Origin: a virus
Taxonomy: Duplodnaviria; Caudoviricetes
Reading direction: 5' to 3' (one strand)
Length of the DNA: 63,282 nucleotides
IMG/VR virus record: IMGVR_UViG_3300043772_000427
Coordinates: 1 to 63,282 of that record
Position numbers and translations under genes: made by a program. The notes under the pieces are model-generated. The model made no database searches and had not been told where the DNA came from. It saw only the letters and a list, made by a program, of their open reading frames with translations. Positions 25,778 through 38,000 of this stretch are shown piece by piece (the stretch's first letter is position 1; each line of letters opens with the position of its first letter).

Positions 25778-27343
25778 ATGAATATAGTTGACGACACCGC
25801 ACTGCGGTTCCATTGCTCTCATGATGTGGCTAAGCAAATTACCACGTACATCGACAAGAGTGAATTAATTGGAGCCGAAGGTGGACACTCAGAGGTGCTG
25901 ATGTACTGGGGCATCAACGAGGTGCAAAAGCTCGTTCGCTTACTGCCTGACTCTAATAAGATTCCATCTCCCATTGAGCGTGACTATCAATGGCCCGGAA
26001 TGTTTACGCCATTCGATCACCAACGCGATACCGCACGGTTCTTGACACTACATCGCCGCGCTTTCTGTTTTAACGAAGCTGGTACAGGCAAGACTTCTGC
26101 CGCAATTTGGGCGGCTGATTATCTAATGAATCACGGGCTGGTGAAACGTGTGTTGGTTGTCTGCCCCTTGTCCATCATGCAGAGCGCATGGCAAGCTGAT
26201 TTGTTTAAAACTGTGATGCACCGCACATGTGGCGTAGCGCACGGATCAAAGCGCAAGAAAGTTATCAACGGTGGTTACGAGTTTGTAATCATCAATTACG
26301 ATGGTGTTAACGCAGAGCGCGAAACAATCATGGATGGTGGTTTTGATCTCATCATTGTTGACGAAGCTAATGCCTACAAGAACCCAAGCACCGTCCGTTG
26401 GAAAAATCTTGCCAAGATAATTCGTCCCGACACGTATTTGTGGATGATGACCGGCACTCCCGCTTCTCAGTCACCCGAGGATGCGTTTGGTCTAGCCAAG
26501 TTGGTCAACCCCAATAACATTCCTAAGTACAAGACTGCATGGAAAGATGCGGTCATGCAACAGATTACTCGCTTTAAGTGGATACCCAAGCCCCACGCCA
26601 AGGGTCTTGTATTCAACGCCTTACAACCCGCGATCCGGTACGAGAAAGCCCAGTGCCTTGATCTGCCTGACCTGATGTATCAGACACGCGAAGTGCCACT
26701 CAGTGCTCAAGCCACTAGCTACTACAAAGAGTTGCGCAAGGAAATGCAGATCGAAGCGGCTGGCGAAACAATCAGTACAGTTAATGCGGCGGCGGCTCTC
26801 ACGAAGCTCTTGCAGTTGTCAGGCGGCGCTGTGTACACCGATGACCACAACGTCATTGAGTTTGATGTTTCACCACGCTTGAACGTGCTTGGCGAAGTGA
26901 TTGATGAAGCATCGCACAAAGTCATCGTGTTCATTCCATACAAGCACACGATCAAAGTGGTTCAGGACTACCTGACAAAGAACAATATAACGACTGAGAT
27001 TATTTCAGGTGATGTGACTGCGTCTAACCGCGCCGCCATATTCAACAAGTTCCAAACAACCGACACACCACGGGTGTTGTTGATTCAACCACAAGCGGCA
27101 TCGCATGGCGTAACGCTGACTGCGGCAGACACGATTGTGTTTTGGTCGCCTGTGATGTCCGTAGAAACTTATCTGCAATGCGTTGCGCGTATCGACCGTG
27201 TTGGACAGAAAAACAAAATGACTGTGATTCACCTTCAAGGGTCTGAGGTGGAGAAGCGTATGTACACAATGCTACAAGGCAAAGTAGACATGCACACTCA
27301 GTTGGTAGACCTGTACAAAGAGGAAATAGGAGAGTCTGTATGA
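25778..27343 (+). CDS. SNF2-family helicase
   Basis: EAGTGKT, IVDEA, MTGTP, SHGVTL, Q...RIDRVGQ. Confidence 0.9.
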   Translation: MNIVDDTALRFHCSHDVAKQITTYIDKSELIGAEGGHSEVLMYWGINEVQKLVRLLPDSNKIPSPIERDYQWPGMFTPFDHQRDTARFLTLHRRAFCFNEAGTGKTSAAIWAADYLMNHGLVKRVLVVCPLSIMQSAWQADLFKTVMHRTCGVAHGSKRKKVINGGYEFVIINYDGVNAERETIMDGGFDLIIVDEANAYKNPSTVRWKNLAKIIRPDTYLWMMTGTPASQSPEDAFGLAKLVNPNNIPKYKTAWKDAVMQQITRFKWIPKPHAKGLVFNALQPAIRYEKAQCLDLPDLMYQTREVPLSAQATSYYKELRKEMQIEAAGETISTVNAAAALTKLLQLSGGAVYTDDHNVIEFDVSPRLNVLGEVIDEASHKVIVFIPYKHTIKVVQDYLTKNNITTEIISGDVTASNRAAIFNKFQTTDTPRVLLIQPQAASHGVTLTAADTIVFWSPVMSVETYLQCVARIDRVGQKNKMTVIHLQGSEVEKRMYTMLQGKVDMHTQLVDLYKEEIGESV

Positions 27344-27759
27344 CAATAAATAATACAGAAGAGTTGGTGTCTGACTACCTTGAGATTCGCAGGATGCGCG
27401 AATCATTAAAGGCCAACTATGAGTCTCAAGACGAAGAACTGAAAGACGCTATGGATGCGATTAAAGAAGCGCTTTTGGCTATTTGCAACGAGAACAACCA
27501 AAACGGTTTCAAGACAGACAGCGGTACTGTCACGAGACAAGTTAAGGAAAGATATTTTTGCACTGACTGGGACAACTTCAGGAAGTTTGTCGAGAACGAA
27601 GGCTCGATTGATTTGCTTGAACGCCGTATCCATCAGCGCAACTTCAAAGAATTTATGTCCGAGCGGGTAGGAGATGGATTGCCGCCCGGAGTAAATGCCT
27701 TACGTGAGTATGACATTGTTGTACGCAAGGCTTCTTCAACCAGTGAAACTTTAGTTTAA
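27340..27759 (+). CDS. replication-module hypothetical protein
   Basis: N-terminal coiled coil; T..GTV, DW..F, LLERRI, PPGV. Confidence 0.7.
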   Translation: MTINNTEELVSDYLEIRRMRESLKANYESQDEELKDAMDAIKEALLAICNENNQNGFKTDSGTVTRQVKERYFCTDWDNFRKFVENEGSIDLLERRIHQRNFKEFMSERVGDGLPPGVNALREYDIVVRKASSTSETLV

Positions 27760-27776
27760 TTTAATTAGGAAACATC

Positions 27777-28640
27777 ATGAGTAACGAACTCGCAAACATT
27801 TTTCAAAACGCCGGTGGTTTAATGGAATTGGGCCTCGATGAGGACACACTTGCCGTAGCCGGTAATGCCACAAAAGGCAACAAGCGCATTTCTATCGAGG
27901 GTCGCGTATTCCGCAAGATCGTTGGTGGTAAAGAGCAGAGCGTCAATACAGACAACTCTATGAATGTCATCATCGTTAAGATGGCCCATGACGCATCGCG
28001 TACCTTCTATAACTCTACCTACAAAAAGGGTGTGAAGTTAGCCCCTGCTTGCTGGTCAAATGACTCGAAGACCCCTGACCCCGAGGTTAAATCTCCTTGT
28101 GCGCCGACTTGCGCTGAGTGCCCCAACTCAGTCAAGGGTTCAGGTCAAGGCGGTCAAGGCACTGCTTGCCGACTCTCATGGAGAGCCGCTGTTGTATTGC
28201 CTAACGATCCCGAGGGAGATGTGTATCAGTTGGTGTTGCCAGCTACTTCAGCGTTCGGCAAAGAAGAAGGCGGCAAGTGGCCCTTCCGTCCGTACATTCA
28301 GATGCTTGCTAACAACAATGTGTCTGCTGGTCGTGTCGTAACTAAGATGCAGTTTGACATTAACTTCCCAGTGCCACGCTTGTTGTTTTCTCCAACGTCT
28401 GCTGTACCTAATGAAATACGCGATGTAATCGTTCAGCAAGGCAAGACTCCAGCCGCAGAGAACGCAGTCAAGTTGTCTGTGTTTAAAACTGATGGTGTTG
28501 ATGAAGTTGAAGCCCCTGCTCAACCAGCCGCTTTTGCTGAGCCTGTTCCTGAGCCAGTGAAACGCGCGTCTGCTCCTAAAGCATCTACTGAAGCTCCAGA
28601 AGATGTTAGCGACATCGTTAAAAAGTGGTCTAAGAAATAA
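27777..28640 (+). CDS. putative ssDNA-binding / annealing protein
   Basis: Cys cluster (CWS.D...C..CP...C), flexible Pro/Ala/acidic C-terminal tail, position in the replication module. Confidence 0.45.
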   Translation: MSNELANIFQNAGGLMELGLDEDTLAVAGNATKGNKRISIEGRVFRKIVGGKEQSVNTDNSMNVIIVKMAHDASRTFYNSTYKKGVKLAPACWSNDSKTPDPEVKSPCAPTCAECPNSVKGSGQGGQGTACRLSWRAAVVLPNDPEGDVYQLVLPATSAFGKEEGGKWPFRPYIQMLANNNVSAGRVVTKMQFDINFPVPRLLFSPTSAVPNEIRDVIVQQGKTPAAENAVKLSVFKTDGVDEVEAPAQPAAFAEPVPEPVKRASAPKASTEAPEDVSDIVKKWSKK

Positions 28641-28975
28641 TGGCCCGCACATACAGCCCCGAACTACTAAGCATTGTTGATACAACTGAAGGGGACAATG
28701 TAGGCATCACGCTGGCGAAGGCGTGTATTGAAGCCAACTTGCCTGCCGCATACGCATCAGCAATTCTCGGTGTATCACGTATGGGTATCCATGCGTGGTT
28801 TCGGGGCGGGTATGTACGTAGTGGTCGTCGTGAAAAAATCAGGTTGTTTCTGCAACTTCTAAAGGAGGATACCGAAGCGGGACTCTTGCCAGCCAAGAAT
28901 CTCAAAGAAGCCCGTACATACACTGAGAACATCCTCGGTCGCGCAGTTACGGAAGTTTCTAAAAAGTCGGGTTAA
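28640..28975 (+). CDS. HTH DNA-binding protein
   Basis: AAYASAILGVSRMGIHAWFRG, an XRE-like HTH. Confidence 0.65.
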   Translation: MARTYSPELLSIVDTTEGDNVGITLAKACIEANLPAAYASAILGVSRMGIHAWFRGGYVRSGRREKIRLFLQLLKEDTEAGLLPAKNLKEARTYTENILGRAVTEVSKKSG

Positions 28976-28992
28976 CAGCCCATATTGTTTAC

Positions 28993-29018
28993 AGGCGAGG
29001 CCGGTCCTCGCCTTTATT
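28993..29018 (+). terminator. hairpin / weak terminator before the primase
   Basis: AGGCGAGG-CCGGT-CCTCGCCT followed by TTATT. Confidence 0.5.
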
Positions 29019-29030
29019 GTCTCTGCGATT

Positions 29031-31895
29031 ATGAACGAACAATTTTTTGATAAGGTATTGCCAACGCAGGGCAACATTTGTGTAGTCGGAATCAAGGGTG
29101 ACTCAGTGCGCCCCAAATTCTCTGAGTACCTTAGTGAAGCGATTGACTTCATGAAGGACTTTGATGCTGGTGACTTCAACACATTTTTTGCGCTTGGGAC
29201 ATTTGAGGGGTATCAACGTAGGGCTAGTGCGTGTATTTTTATGCGCTCGTTCTTTGTTGACCTAGACTGCGGCCCTGATAAGCCGTATGCGGCGTGGGAA
29301 GACGGACTGATAGCATTGCACAAGTTTCTGTCCGATACTGAACTGCCGCAACCAATCATCGTAAACTCCGGTAACGGCATCCATGCTTACTGGCCTTTTA
29401 CTGCTGATGTACCTACGGACATTTGGAAACCGTACGCTGAAAAGTTTAAACAGTATTGTTTAGACAACGGCCTCATGATTGATGAGGTAGTTACGGCAGA
29501 TGCCGCAAGGATTCTTAGAGTCCCCGGCAGTCGCAATCTAAAACGCGCTCCGTTACCGGTTGAAGTCATACAGGACGGTGAGCCTACAGACTTTCAAGAC
29601 TGGGAAAGCCTGCTTGGTAAAGTTGAAAAAGCATTTGACTTGAGCCAAGTTGAAAAGGGTCTTGATGATGAGACTCAAGCGCTGTTCGACAAGATGAACG
29701 GCAATTATGAATACGTCTTCCAAAAGCTCGCGGAGGATAGCTTAGAAGGAGTAGGCTGTGGACAAATTAAATACATTCTCGAAAACGCGGCTAGTTGTCC
29801 AGAGCCGTTGTGGTACGCTGGACTATCTGTCGCCTCAAGGTGTGTTGATGGCGACACTGCCATACATCTCATGTCAGAAGACCACCCCGACTATTCGCGG
29901 GACGAAACTGAACGAAAAGCAGAGCAGTCAAGAAGTGAAGCGGCTTGGGCACACAGTTGCGACGCCTTTGAACGTGAGAACAGGGCTGGATGCGTTGGAT
30001 GCCCACACAAAGGAAAACTCGGAAAGTCAGGGCCTATTGCACTTGCCCGATCTATCAAACTCGCAGTTGAATATACCGAGTCCTCTGACGGAACTCCTGA
30101 CGATGAAGGAGGCGAAGCCGAAGATGAAGCGGAGCCAACTGGGGCCAAAAAGGATCCCAAGAACCTCTTAGTCTTTCCTGAGTTTCTTAAGCCATTCTTT
30201 CGCCCAATCAACGGCGGTGTGTACTTTCAACCAGCGCCACGAATAAACAAGGATGGCAAGAAAGTCCAAGACCCACCCGAGATGCTGACACCAAATGATG
30301 TGTATCCCATTCAGCGACTGTTCAGCCCCCACGATGGCGAGTGCTTAGTCATTCGCTTGCACTTACCACGAGATGCGTCTCGTGAATTTATGTTACCGCT
30401 GAAAGACATCGGCGCATTAGACAAACTCAAGGCAACCCTGCTATCTAACGGCGTTGCATTTGAACCCGCGCTCGCTCCCAAGTTTGCGAGCTATCTAATG
30501 AAGTGGACAAGTTATTTAATCAATACACAAAAGGCAGACATCATGCGAATCCAACAAGGCTGGACAGAAGATCACGAATCATTTGTTATCGGTACAAGCG
30601 AAGTATTTAAAGACGAGATCAGGCACTGCCCTCCGTCTCCCATGTCTAAGAACATTGTGCGCTATGTCAAGAAAAGCGGTACGTTTGAAGGCTGGCTTAC
30701 GGCGGCTCGTATGCTCAACGACCCGGGCTATGAGTTTCATGCGTTCACGCTACTGTGCGGATTTGCTACACCCTTGATGGAGTTCTCCAACGTCAACGGT
30801 ATTGTGCTTTCCTTGCATGGTGAGTCTGGCGTTGGTAAGACAGGCGCTTTGTATTCTGCAATGAGTATCTGGGGATCACCTGAAAGCTTGACTGTTAACG
30901 ATGCAACACCCAATGCGCTAACACAGCGCATGATTACCTCTAAGAATATTACGTTTGGTCTTGATGAGCAGACTAACTTGGACGGCAAAGTAGCATCTGA
31001 TGTGGTCTACAAAACTTCCGCTGGTCGCCCAAAGATTAGACTTCAGGCGTCATCCAACCAAGAACGTGAGTCAGAGTTCATCACCCGATTGATTGCGATT
31101 ATTACAACAAACAACTCACTGATCGATATTATTTCAACCTACAAGGCAAACACCAGCGCCGAAGAAATGCGTGTACTTGAGCCATACATGACTAGGCCAA
31201 ATGTTCAGGGGTATGAACTGACACTTGAGCGCGGCAAAGACATGTTTGATGCCTATCACTACCACTACGGCCATGCCGGTATACCCTATGTGCAAGAACT
31301 GTTGAAAGTTGGCAAGAAAGAGTTGACTCGTAGGATCCACATTGAGTACATGAATGTAGCGGACAAGTATTCAAAGAGTGGTGAGTATCGCTACATTGCC
31401 AGTTTGATTGCCAACGTCTACACCGCTGAGCGCATCCTGCGTGAACTGGGCTGGTTTGAGTTTGACATGGTTCGTATCATGAACGTAGTTGGCGGAGCGT
31501 TCAACGACATCATCAATGGTAAGCGCAAAGCTGACTCCAATACCCGCGAAGATGTTTTAGGTGACTTCATCAATAAGAACATTCAGAACATGCTGGTCGT
31601 GAACAACGGCAAGGTATCCACAGCACCTCGTGGCCCTCTGTACATCAGGGCTGAAGTTGAAGAAAGCACAATCTTTGTATCTACTTCTGCGCTCAAAGCG
31701 TATCTGCATGAGATCAAACTGGGTATCAAGGAGTTTGAGACTAAGCTAACAGATGCCGGTGTACTGAAAGGCAAGTTGCGCAAACAGATGGCGGCTGGAT
31801 GGTCTGACGCAGTTGGCAGTACAAACGTACAAGCCTATGCTTTTGAAACTGATCTGACTCACTTGATTAAAGATGAGCAAGAAACCACCGAGTGA
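29031..31895 (+). CDS. primase (AEP/RepB-like) fused to DUF927-type helicase
   Basis: FVDLD, SGNGIHAYW, DAARILRVPG, Cys cluster C...CVGCPH, Walker A GESGVGKT, LDE. Confidence 0.85.
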   Translation: MNEQFFDKVLPTQGNICVVGIKGDSVRPKFSEYLSEAIDFMKDFDAGDFNTFFALGTFEGYQRRASACIFMRSFFVDLDCGPDKPYAAWEDGLIALHKFLSDTELPQPIIVNSGNGIHAYWPFTADVPTDIWKPYAEKFKQYCLDNGLMIDEVVTADAARILRVPGSRNLKRAPLPVEVIQDGEPTDFQDWESLLGKVEKAFDLSQVEKGLDDETQALFDKMNGNYEYVFQKLAEDSLEGVGCGQIKYILENAASCPEPLWYAGLSVASRCVDGDTAIHLMSEDHPDYSRDETERKAEQSRSEAAWAHSCDAFERENRAGCVGCPHKGKLGKSGPIALARSIKLAVEYTESSDGTPDDEGGEAEDEAEPTGAKKDPKNLLVFPEFLKPFFRPINGGVYFQPAPRINKDGKKVQDPPEMLTPNDVYPIQRLFSPHDGECLVIRLHLPRDASREFMLPLKDIGALDKLKATLLSNGVAFEPALAPKFASYLMKWTSYLINTQKADIMRIQQGWTEDHESFVIGTSEVFKDEIRHCPPSPMSKNIVRYVKKSGTFEGWLTAARMLNDPGYEFHAFTLLCGFATPLMEFSNVNGIVLSLHGESGVGKTGALYSAMSIWGSPESLTVNDATPNALTQRMITSKNITFGLDEQTNLDGKVASDVVYKTSAGRPKIRLQASSNQERESEFITRLIAIITTNNSLIDIISTYKANTSAEEMRVLEPYMTRPNVQGYELTLERGKDMFDAYHYHYGHAGIPYVQELLKVGKKELTRRIHIEYMNVADKYSKSGEYRYIASLIANVYTAERILRELGWFEFDMVRIMNVVGGAFNDIINGKRKADSNTREDVLGDFINKNIQNMLVVNNGKVSTAPRGPLYIRAEVEESTIFVSTSALKAYLHEIKLGIKEFETKLTDAGVLKGKLRKQMAAGWSDAVGSTNVQAYAFETDLTHLIKDEQETTE

Positions 31896-32097
31896 AGCGG
31901 CCCCACTCGACGAACCCGAGTGGCTTTTCCCCTACGAGTACATGCTTGTGGGGGAGAGTTTCTTTATCCCAACTATGCGCCCCGCATATATGGGCTACAT
32001 CATAGACACAACGTCTAAAAAAGTTGGAATAAAGATGAAGACTTTCACTTGCACCGAGAACGGCGTCCTCGGTGTTCGTTCTTGGCGCATGGGTTAG
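31873..32097 (+). CDS. small hypothetical protein
   Basis: FP...M.VGESFFIP...GVRSWR; converges with the - arm. Confidence 0.7.
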   Translation: MSKKPPSEAAPLDEPEWLFPYEYMLVGESFFIPTMRPAYMGYIIDTTSKKVGIKMKTFTCTENGVLGVRSWRMG

Positions 32098-35000
32098 GGT
32101 TCAACACCCATCATCTCAAAGTCTTCAATGATTCCACGCTTAACTAAGTTTTGGAACTTAACAACATTCTTAACAGCTTCCGTCCGTTCCTTGGGAGTCA
32201 GGCCCGGCATACGGCGGTAGATGTTTGCCTCTTCCCGCAACTTCTTCAAGTCTTGGTTGATTACTTTGTTGTAATGCTCAACTATGTACTCGTCCATGGG
32301 ATTCTTCTCAACGTATCGAGCGTACGCTTCTGGGTTTGAATCCTTGAACATGTTGAGCTTTTGTTGCTTAGTCAAGATTTGTTTCTCAACCTCTGAGAAC
32401 TGCCGTGCGTCAAAGTTTGACGGTGCGCCAAAAAAGCTATCAAAGAACACGGTGTCAGTCTTAGGATTAAATGCCTTCTCACCAGCCGCAAGCAAACCGT
32501 AGTTGTATCCAGTCTGCGCCAAACGCATCAGTCCATCGCCATAGTTATTGGCAAAGAAGTACATCGTGTTAGGACTCCAGTCCACTTTACCGTCCGTGAT
32601 TTCAGCCAGAGTACGTGCGGCAGACTTATACAACTCAGGGATGTTGTCGCCACCTGTGTAGGCATCTCCGTAGCGTGACTGACGGTTGTTATAAATCTCA
32701 CGACCTAGACCGTCAATGTTCATCACCCACTCAAGGAACGGACGCGCAACGGAAGGTGTAGCAGAGTCCATCGCCCATGCTGGGAAGTTGTCTATTGGAC
32801 TAATGCGCGAAACCGGCAGCGGCAAGAACGAATCCAAACCTGTCACAACAATGTTGCTAAGCGCAGTCTTAACAGATGAGTTGCCTGTAGCCAACGCCGC
32901 GATTTGTCCACCAGCAGATGCAAATGCGCCAAGTCCAAAGCCCCAAGGGATCTGGATGGGTGTATCCATGCCGGGAATATGGAAGCGAGCGTAACGTGAC
33001 CAGCGGTTTGCGTCATCAGTAGCAGTGCGGTTGCGGCCTAAATCATCATCGTCAGACAATGCCATAGACATCAAATAGATTGCACTACCCATACCAAGCA
33101 AGCCCAAGGTCATTGCGGTAGCGGCCTTCTTCTGGTCGTTGTACTTCTTCAAGAATTCAGCGCTAGCTACTTTATCTTTCTGAATGTACTCAGGCAGTTC
33201 TTTCAACGCATCTTTTGGGTCGCGTAGCATTGGGCCTAATGTTTCAATAGCCCTAACAGCACCAGTAGCGGCTGGACGGAAGAACATGAACGCCGCACCA
33301 GCGGCACGGCCCCACTCACCAACTTGTTCAAAGTTAGCAAGACCTTTAGCATAACCAGCAGCTTTGACTTGCGCATCGGCGGGGGAAAGATTTTCTGCCA
33401 GTGCTTGAGATTTGGCAATACGATACGCCGCAGTGCGGCTTGCCAATTCAAACATGTCGGTGTAAATGTCAACAAACTTGTCGATCTGATCCTTGGTCTT
33501 TAGGATGCCTGTGCGGTCAAGCGACTTCTGTAACTCTTTAAACTGACCCTTAGAAGAAAGACCAGCAAGATACGATACTTTGCCGCCCTGCTCGATGAAC
33601 TCAAGCATGTCACGTACATAGTCACTCTTCTTTGCCATTGCTCTAATTTGGTCAAACTTACCAGCTTCATACAGCGCGGCAACTTTAGCGGCGCGGAACA
33701 AACCACCATTTGCTACATTTGTAGCGATAGCGCCGATGTATTGCGCGGAAGCTTTTGGACCCATCTCAACACCAATTGAGTATGCGTTGGTCAGAGCATC
33801 GCGGAAGAAGTTAACTGGCGCGAACGCTATGTTGTAACGAGTATGCATCTGACCAACAGTGCTAGTAACGTGGTTCAGCATGTCAATGATTGGTTGAGAC
33901 TGCTCGTAAGTGCGGCGGATAGCGTTGCGTTGCGCCTTGTCATAGATCTCGATTACATCAATACTGCCATCTTTGTTGTAATGGAAGATGACGTTTTCTT
34001 TTTTCTCTTCGCCAATGTTTAAGTCTTTGTAGCGATCTGCAAATGGAATTGTTTTAGCGATCCTACCTTTAAGTAGTTGATTACCGTCTTTGTCTTTGGC
34101 TACGGCGTTCTTGATAGCAAGTGTTACGTCTCTACGGCCAGCACGCATAGCGGCACGCGTTGCATCAGTCAACGATTGGACGATAGAGTTATCGGAGTCA
34201 GTCTCACGACCTTCAAAAGAGTTTTGACCCTCTTGCATTTCACGGCCTAGACGGTTGCTATTGAAGTCAAGCATCGCATCAGCTTCATTGGTGTACTTTT
34301 CTTTACCAGCAAAAGGTACGTAGTTCTTCCAGCCGTAAAAGTCCACAATACTTTGCACGGGCGCTGACCAGTAGTTAGCTTCTTTGTTCAGCTCTTTTGT
34401 GGCGTCTTGCAGTTTGCGCATGGCGGCAATGACTTTGTCCACTTCTTTCCTGTTAGGATCACCCTCATAAGACTTAATGAAGTTCTTGATAGAGTTTGGT
34501 GTGTAGCCACCAATGACGTTGTACTCCTCATTGTCACGTTCAATAGACTTAGAACCGTTGGGGCTTGAGCCAGTTGGATCTTTATACTTAGCCACAACAT
34601 TATTAAGCGCATTGCGAGCGGTCTCAATCTGTGTCTTGTTCAATGTGCCAGACAACACTTCATCCATGATGCGCTCACGGAACCCGGCGGGGCTTAAGAT
34701 TTCATTACCAATCTTAAGAATCTTGTCATCCTTAAGCGGTACATTGAGCATGTACTTCACGTCACGACGTTCACCTTCGTGCAGACCCATCAGGTATACA
34801 TGTAAACGCTCGGTCGCTTCTTTGGTAGTCAAACCTGAAGCTTTAGCATACGCACCAATAGCACTCTGCATATCACTTGCTGGAGTATTTACTCTGGTTA
34901 AGTACAAGTCTTTGGCGCGTGAAGCAGCTAAGGCAATCTGTGTATAGATGTTGTTTAGTTTGCTACCGCTATAAATAATTTTACCGGCACGGGTCAAACC

Positions 35001-38000
35001 ATCTTCCCAGCTCTTAATTGCATAACGAGCATTTTGGAATTTAGTCACCAAGTTCATACCGCCTTGGCGCGTTGTAAACAATCTGCGCACCGCATTGATA
35101 CCGCTTGTCTCAGGCAGTTCATTACGCTTAATTGCTTCTTCAGTTGTTACATCAACTTTACCTTCAGCTTTTTGTGTAGTTGGAGCGGCTTTAGGAGCGG
35201 GAAGCGGTGCGCGTTCAATCCCGCCCTCTGGCACTTCAATAATACTTTCAAATGCGGTGAAGGCTTCGGACAGTAAGTTTGCTTTACCAAACGCGCCAGA
35301 TTTTGTAAACAGATTCTTTAAATTAAGAATCTCAATAACATTCTCTATAAACCTAGAGAGCGCACTGCGGTCTGGGGTAAGTGTGTACTCAAGTCCTGTG
35401 GCTGGATATTTTTTCAGCGCATCCTGAAACTCTGGGTTAGAAATCGCTTCACTAACAAACTCAAAAATGTTTTTGTACGCATTGGGGAACAACTCGGCAA
35501 GATCACTTGCCGTAAGTGCCATGATGTCATCAAGCTGGTTAGCCGCATCAATCTGCTCAGGCGTCAGGTTAGCAATATCGTTATTAGATACTCTATCAAG
35601 AATTTTTATTGTTGCGGCATGAACAAGCTCATGCAGTAGTGTAGTGGCTGTTGCGCCTTCTGGTGTCACTAAGATAGTGTCAGACTCTGGGTTGTACTGC
35701 GCAATGTCACCATCAGGCAGTGAGTCAACGTACTTGATCTTTGTCTTTAGTCCTAAACTTTTAATACGTGAAGCAACGAGTCGCTGAAGCTTTATAGCGA
35801 TTGTTTTATTAGGATTAGGAATTGAAGTAGACAACCAATTTAGCACTGCTCCAAGATCACCTTCTTTGATCTTATCAATCAAAGCATTGGGGACTTTCTT
35901 TTCGCCCGTAGGTTTAGCTTTCTTGCCTTCGCGCTTTTCTTTAATTTCACGTTGCGCACGCTCTTGAGACTCAGCTTCAGACTTTTTAAGTTGCGCTTCA
36001 CGTACATCAAGATAGGTCTTACCGGGAGCGGGAATGTAACCTTCTTGTACAAGCTTATCTGCAACTGCTTTAAAAGCCGTATCGTGATCTTCAGCGGTGG
36101 CGTTCTTTATGTCTTTTTGTTTGTCAGACAAAGTTTTGTTGTACAGCGCACGTTGCTCATCATTGAGCTGCTCCCATGTGGGGTACTCTAGCCTGTCACG
36201 AGATTTGTATGCTTGGCGGTTGCGCTCATAGATGCCGGCAGACGGATCAGCTTTAAGATCTTTGGGCTTACCTTGCGTCTCACGCAGTTGCTTGCGGTAT
36301 CTAACCAAAGCGCGACGCGCACTAGCGTGTTCTTGAGCAGTGTTGTTGCGGACGTTATCCAAATAGACCTGACGCTGGTCATCTGTAAGTTTCTCCCATG
36401 GCACAAGCACGGCACGCTTATCGTCAATCTGCTGTTTCAGATCGTTAAGCGCTTCGTTTACTGCTTCAACCTTAGCTTGTGGTGGCAGTGTTTCAAAGTT
36501 GTCTGGCAGGTCAGGCAGTTCTAACTCATTGCGCTCAAGCACGGCATCAAGACGAGCAGTGCCCAACTCCATACCAGCCGGAAGTTTTCCAGTTTGAAGC
36601 GCGTCATAAAGGTTTGCGCCGTCGTCATCTAGTTTGGCATACTCGCGCTCTTCGTCATACAAGTCAGCAACCTGTTTGACTTTCTCGTCCATTTCTTTTT
36701 TAACTTCTTCGGAAGGACCGGTCTTTACTGCAACGGACTCTGTTCCTTTTCCTTCAGCAGCACCTGTAACATCCGGTCCAGTAGAAACCACTCCATCTCG
36801 TTTAGCTTCTCCAGATCCCGGGGCGGGGGGAACGATGACGGTTGATTGTGGAGGTAGCGTAGTGCTCGTTCCAGCTGCTTCACTGACAGTTCCTGTAACA
36901 TCTTCCGCTCCCTTCGGGCTGATCTTAGATAACGCATCGTCAATCTTTGCTTTAAGTTCCGCGTTTTCTTTACGTTTTCTAGTGAGTTTGGATTTTTCAC
37001 CCGCATTAAGTGTAGTGCCGCGAGACTCTAGTTCTTTGATCTCAGCATCACGTTTATCGTAATCGGCCTGCATAGCGGCGACTTCTGCCGGTGCTCCAGT
37101 CTTAATTTCTGCCGGTGTTTCTACAACAGTGCCGGGCGCAACTTCTTCAAACTCAGTGCCAACGATTGAAGGCTTACCTTCTTTTTTAACTTCTGTTGTA
37201 GCGGGTTCTTCTACGACAGCTTCTTGTTTCTGTTGTTCCTCTTCGCGCTGCTTGAGTGCTTCTTGTCTTAGAACTTCATCACGTATTTGTTGATCTGTTT
37301 GACGGCCCCCAACGATGCCAGTTACTCCGCCCATACCAGCAGCGCCCAATGACGCCATAGCCGCAGTTTCGCCTAAGCCCGAAGTTAAATCACGATCAAG
37401 ACCAGCGGTGCGGGCTGCAATGTTTTGCGCAAGGCGACCACCAACTTCTTCAACGTTCTCACTAGGCAGTTCTTTAAGTGCGCCTGCAACACCACCACGT
37501 ATGATCCCTTTACCTGTTTTCTCGCCAGCAAGCACGCGCTCAAGCGCACTACCACCGGGCAAGAAACGATTTGCAAGAACAGACAGCGCGTAGCCCGATA
37601 CACCAGCGGCACGGGCTAAATTAATTGTCTCAGCCGCAGCGCGTTCAGCGGGCATTCTCTTAGACAACTCTGCGTAGATCTCGTCGTATGAGCCAGCGCC
37701 AATGTCTGCGCCTTGTTGTACTGCGCCAGTTTGAACAGCGGCAGTTGTACCAGACTTAATAGCGGCTTTCTTAGCGGCAGCTTCAGCGGCTTCTTTTGCC
37801 GTGCCTTTAGCTAGTTCTTTGGCTAACGTACTACCAGATGTAAGCGCGGCTGTACCACCACCTGTGATAGCGGCAGGGATAATCTGTGGAAGTTGCTCAG
37901 CTAAGAATGATGTCAACAGCGCTGGGTCAGAAACAGTCTCACCAAAAGCTGCTTTAAATGCGGCAAGTTGACCTTCTTTTTCTGCTTGCGCAACCTTCTC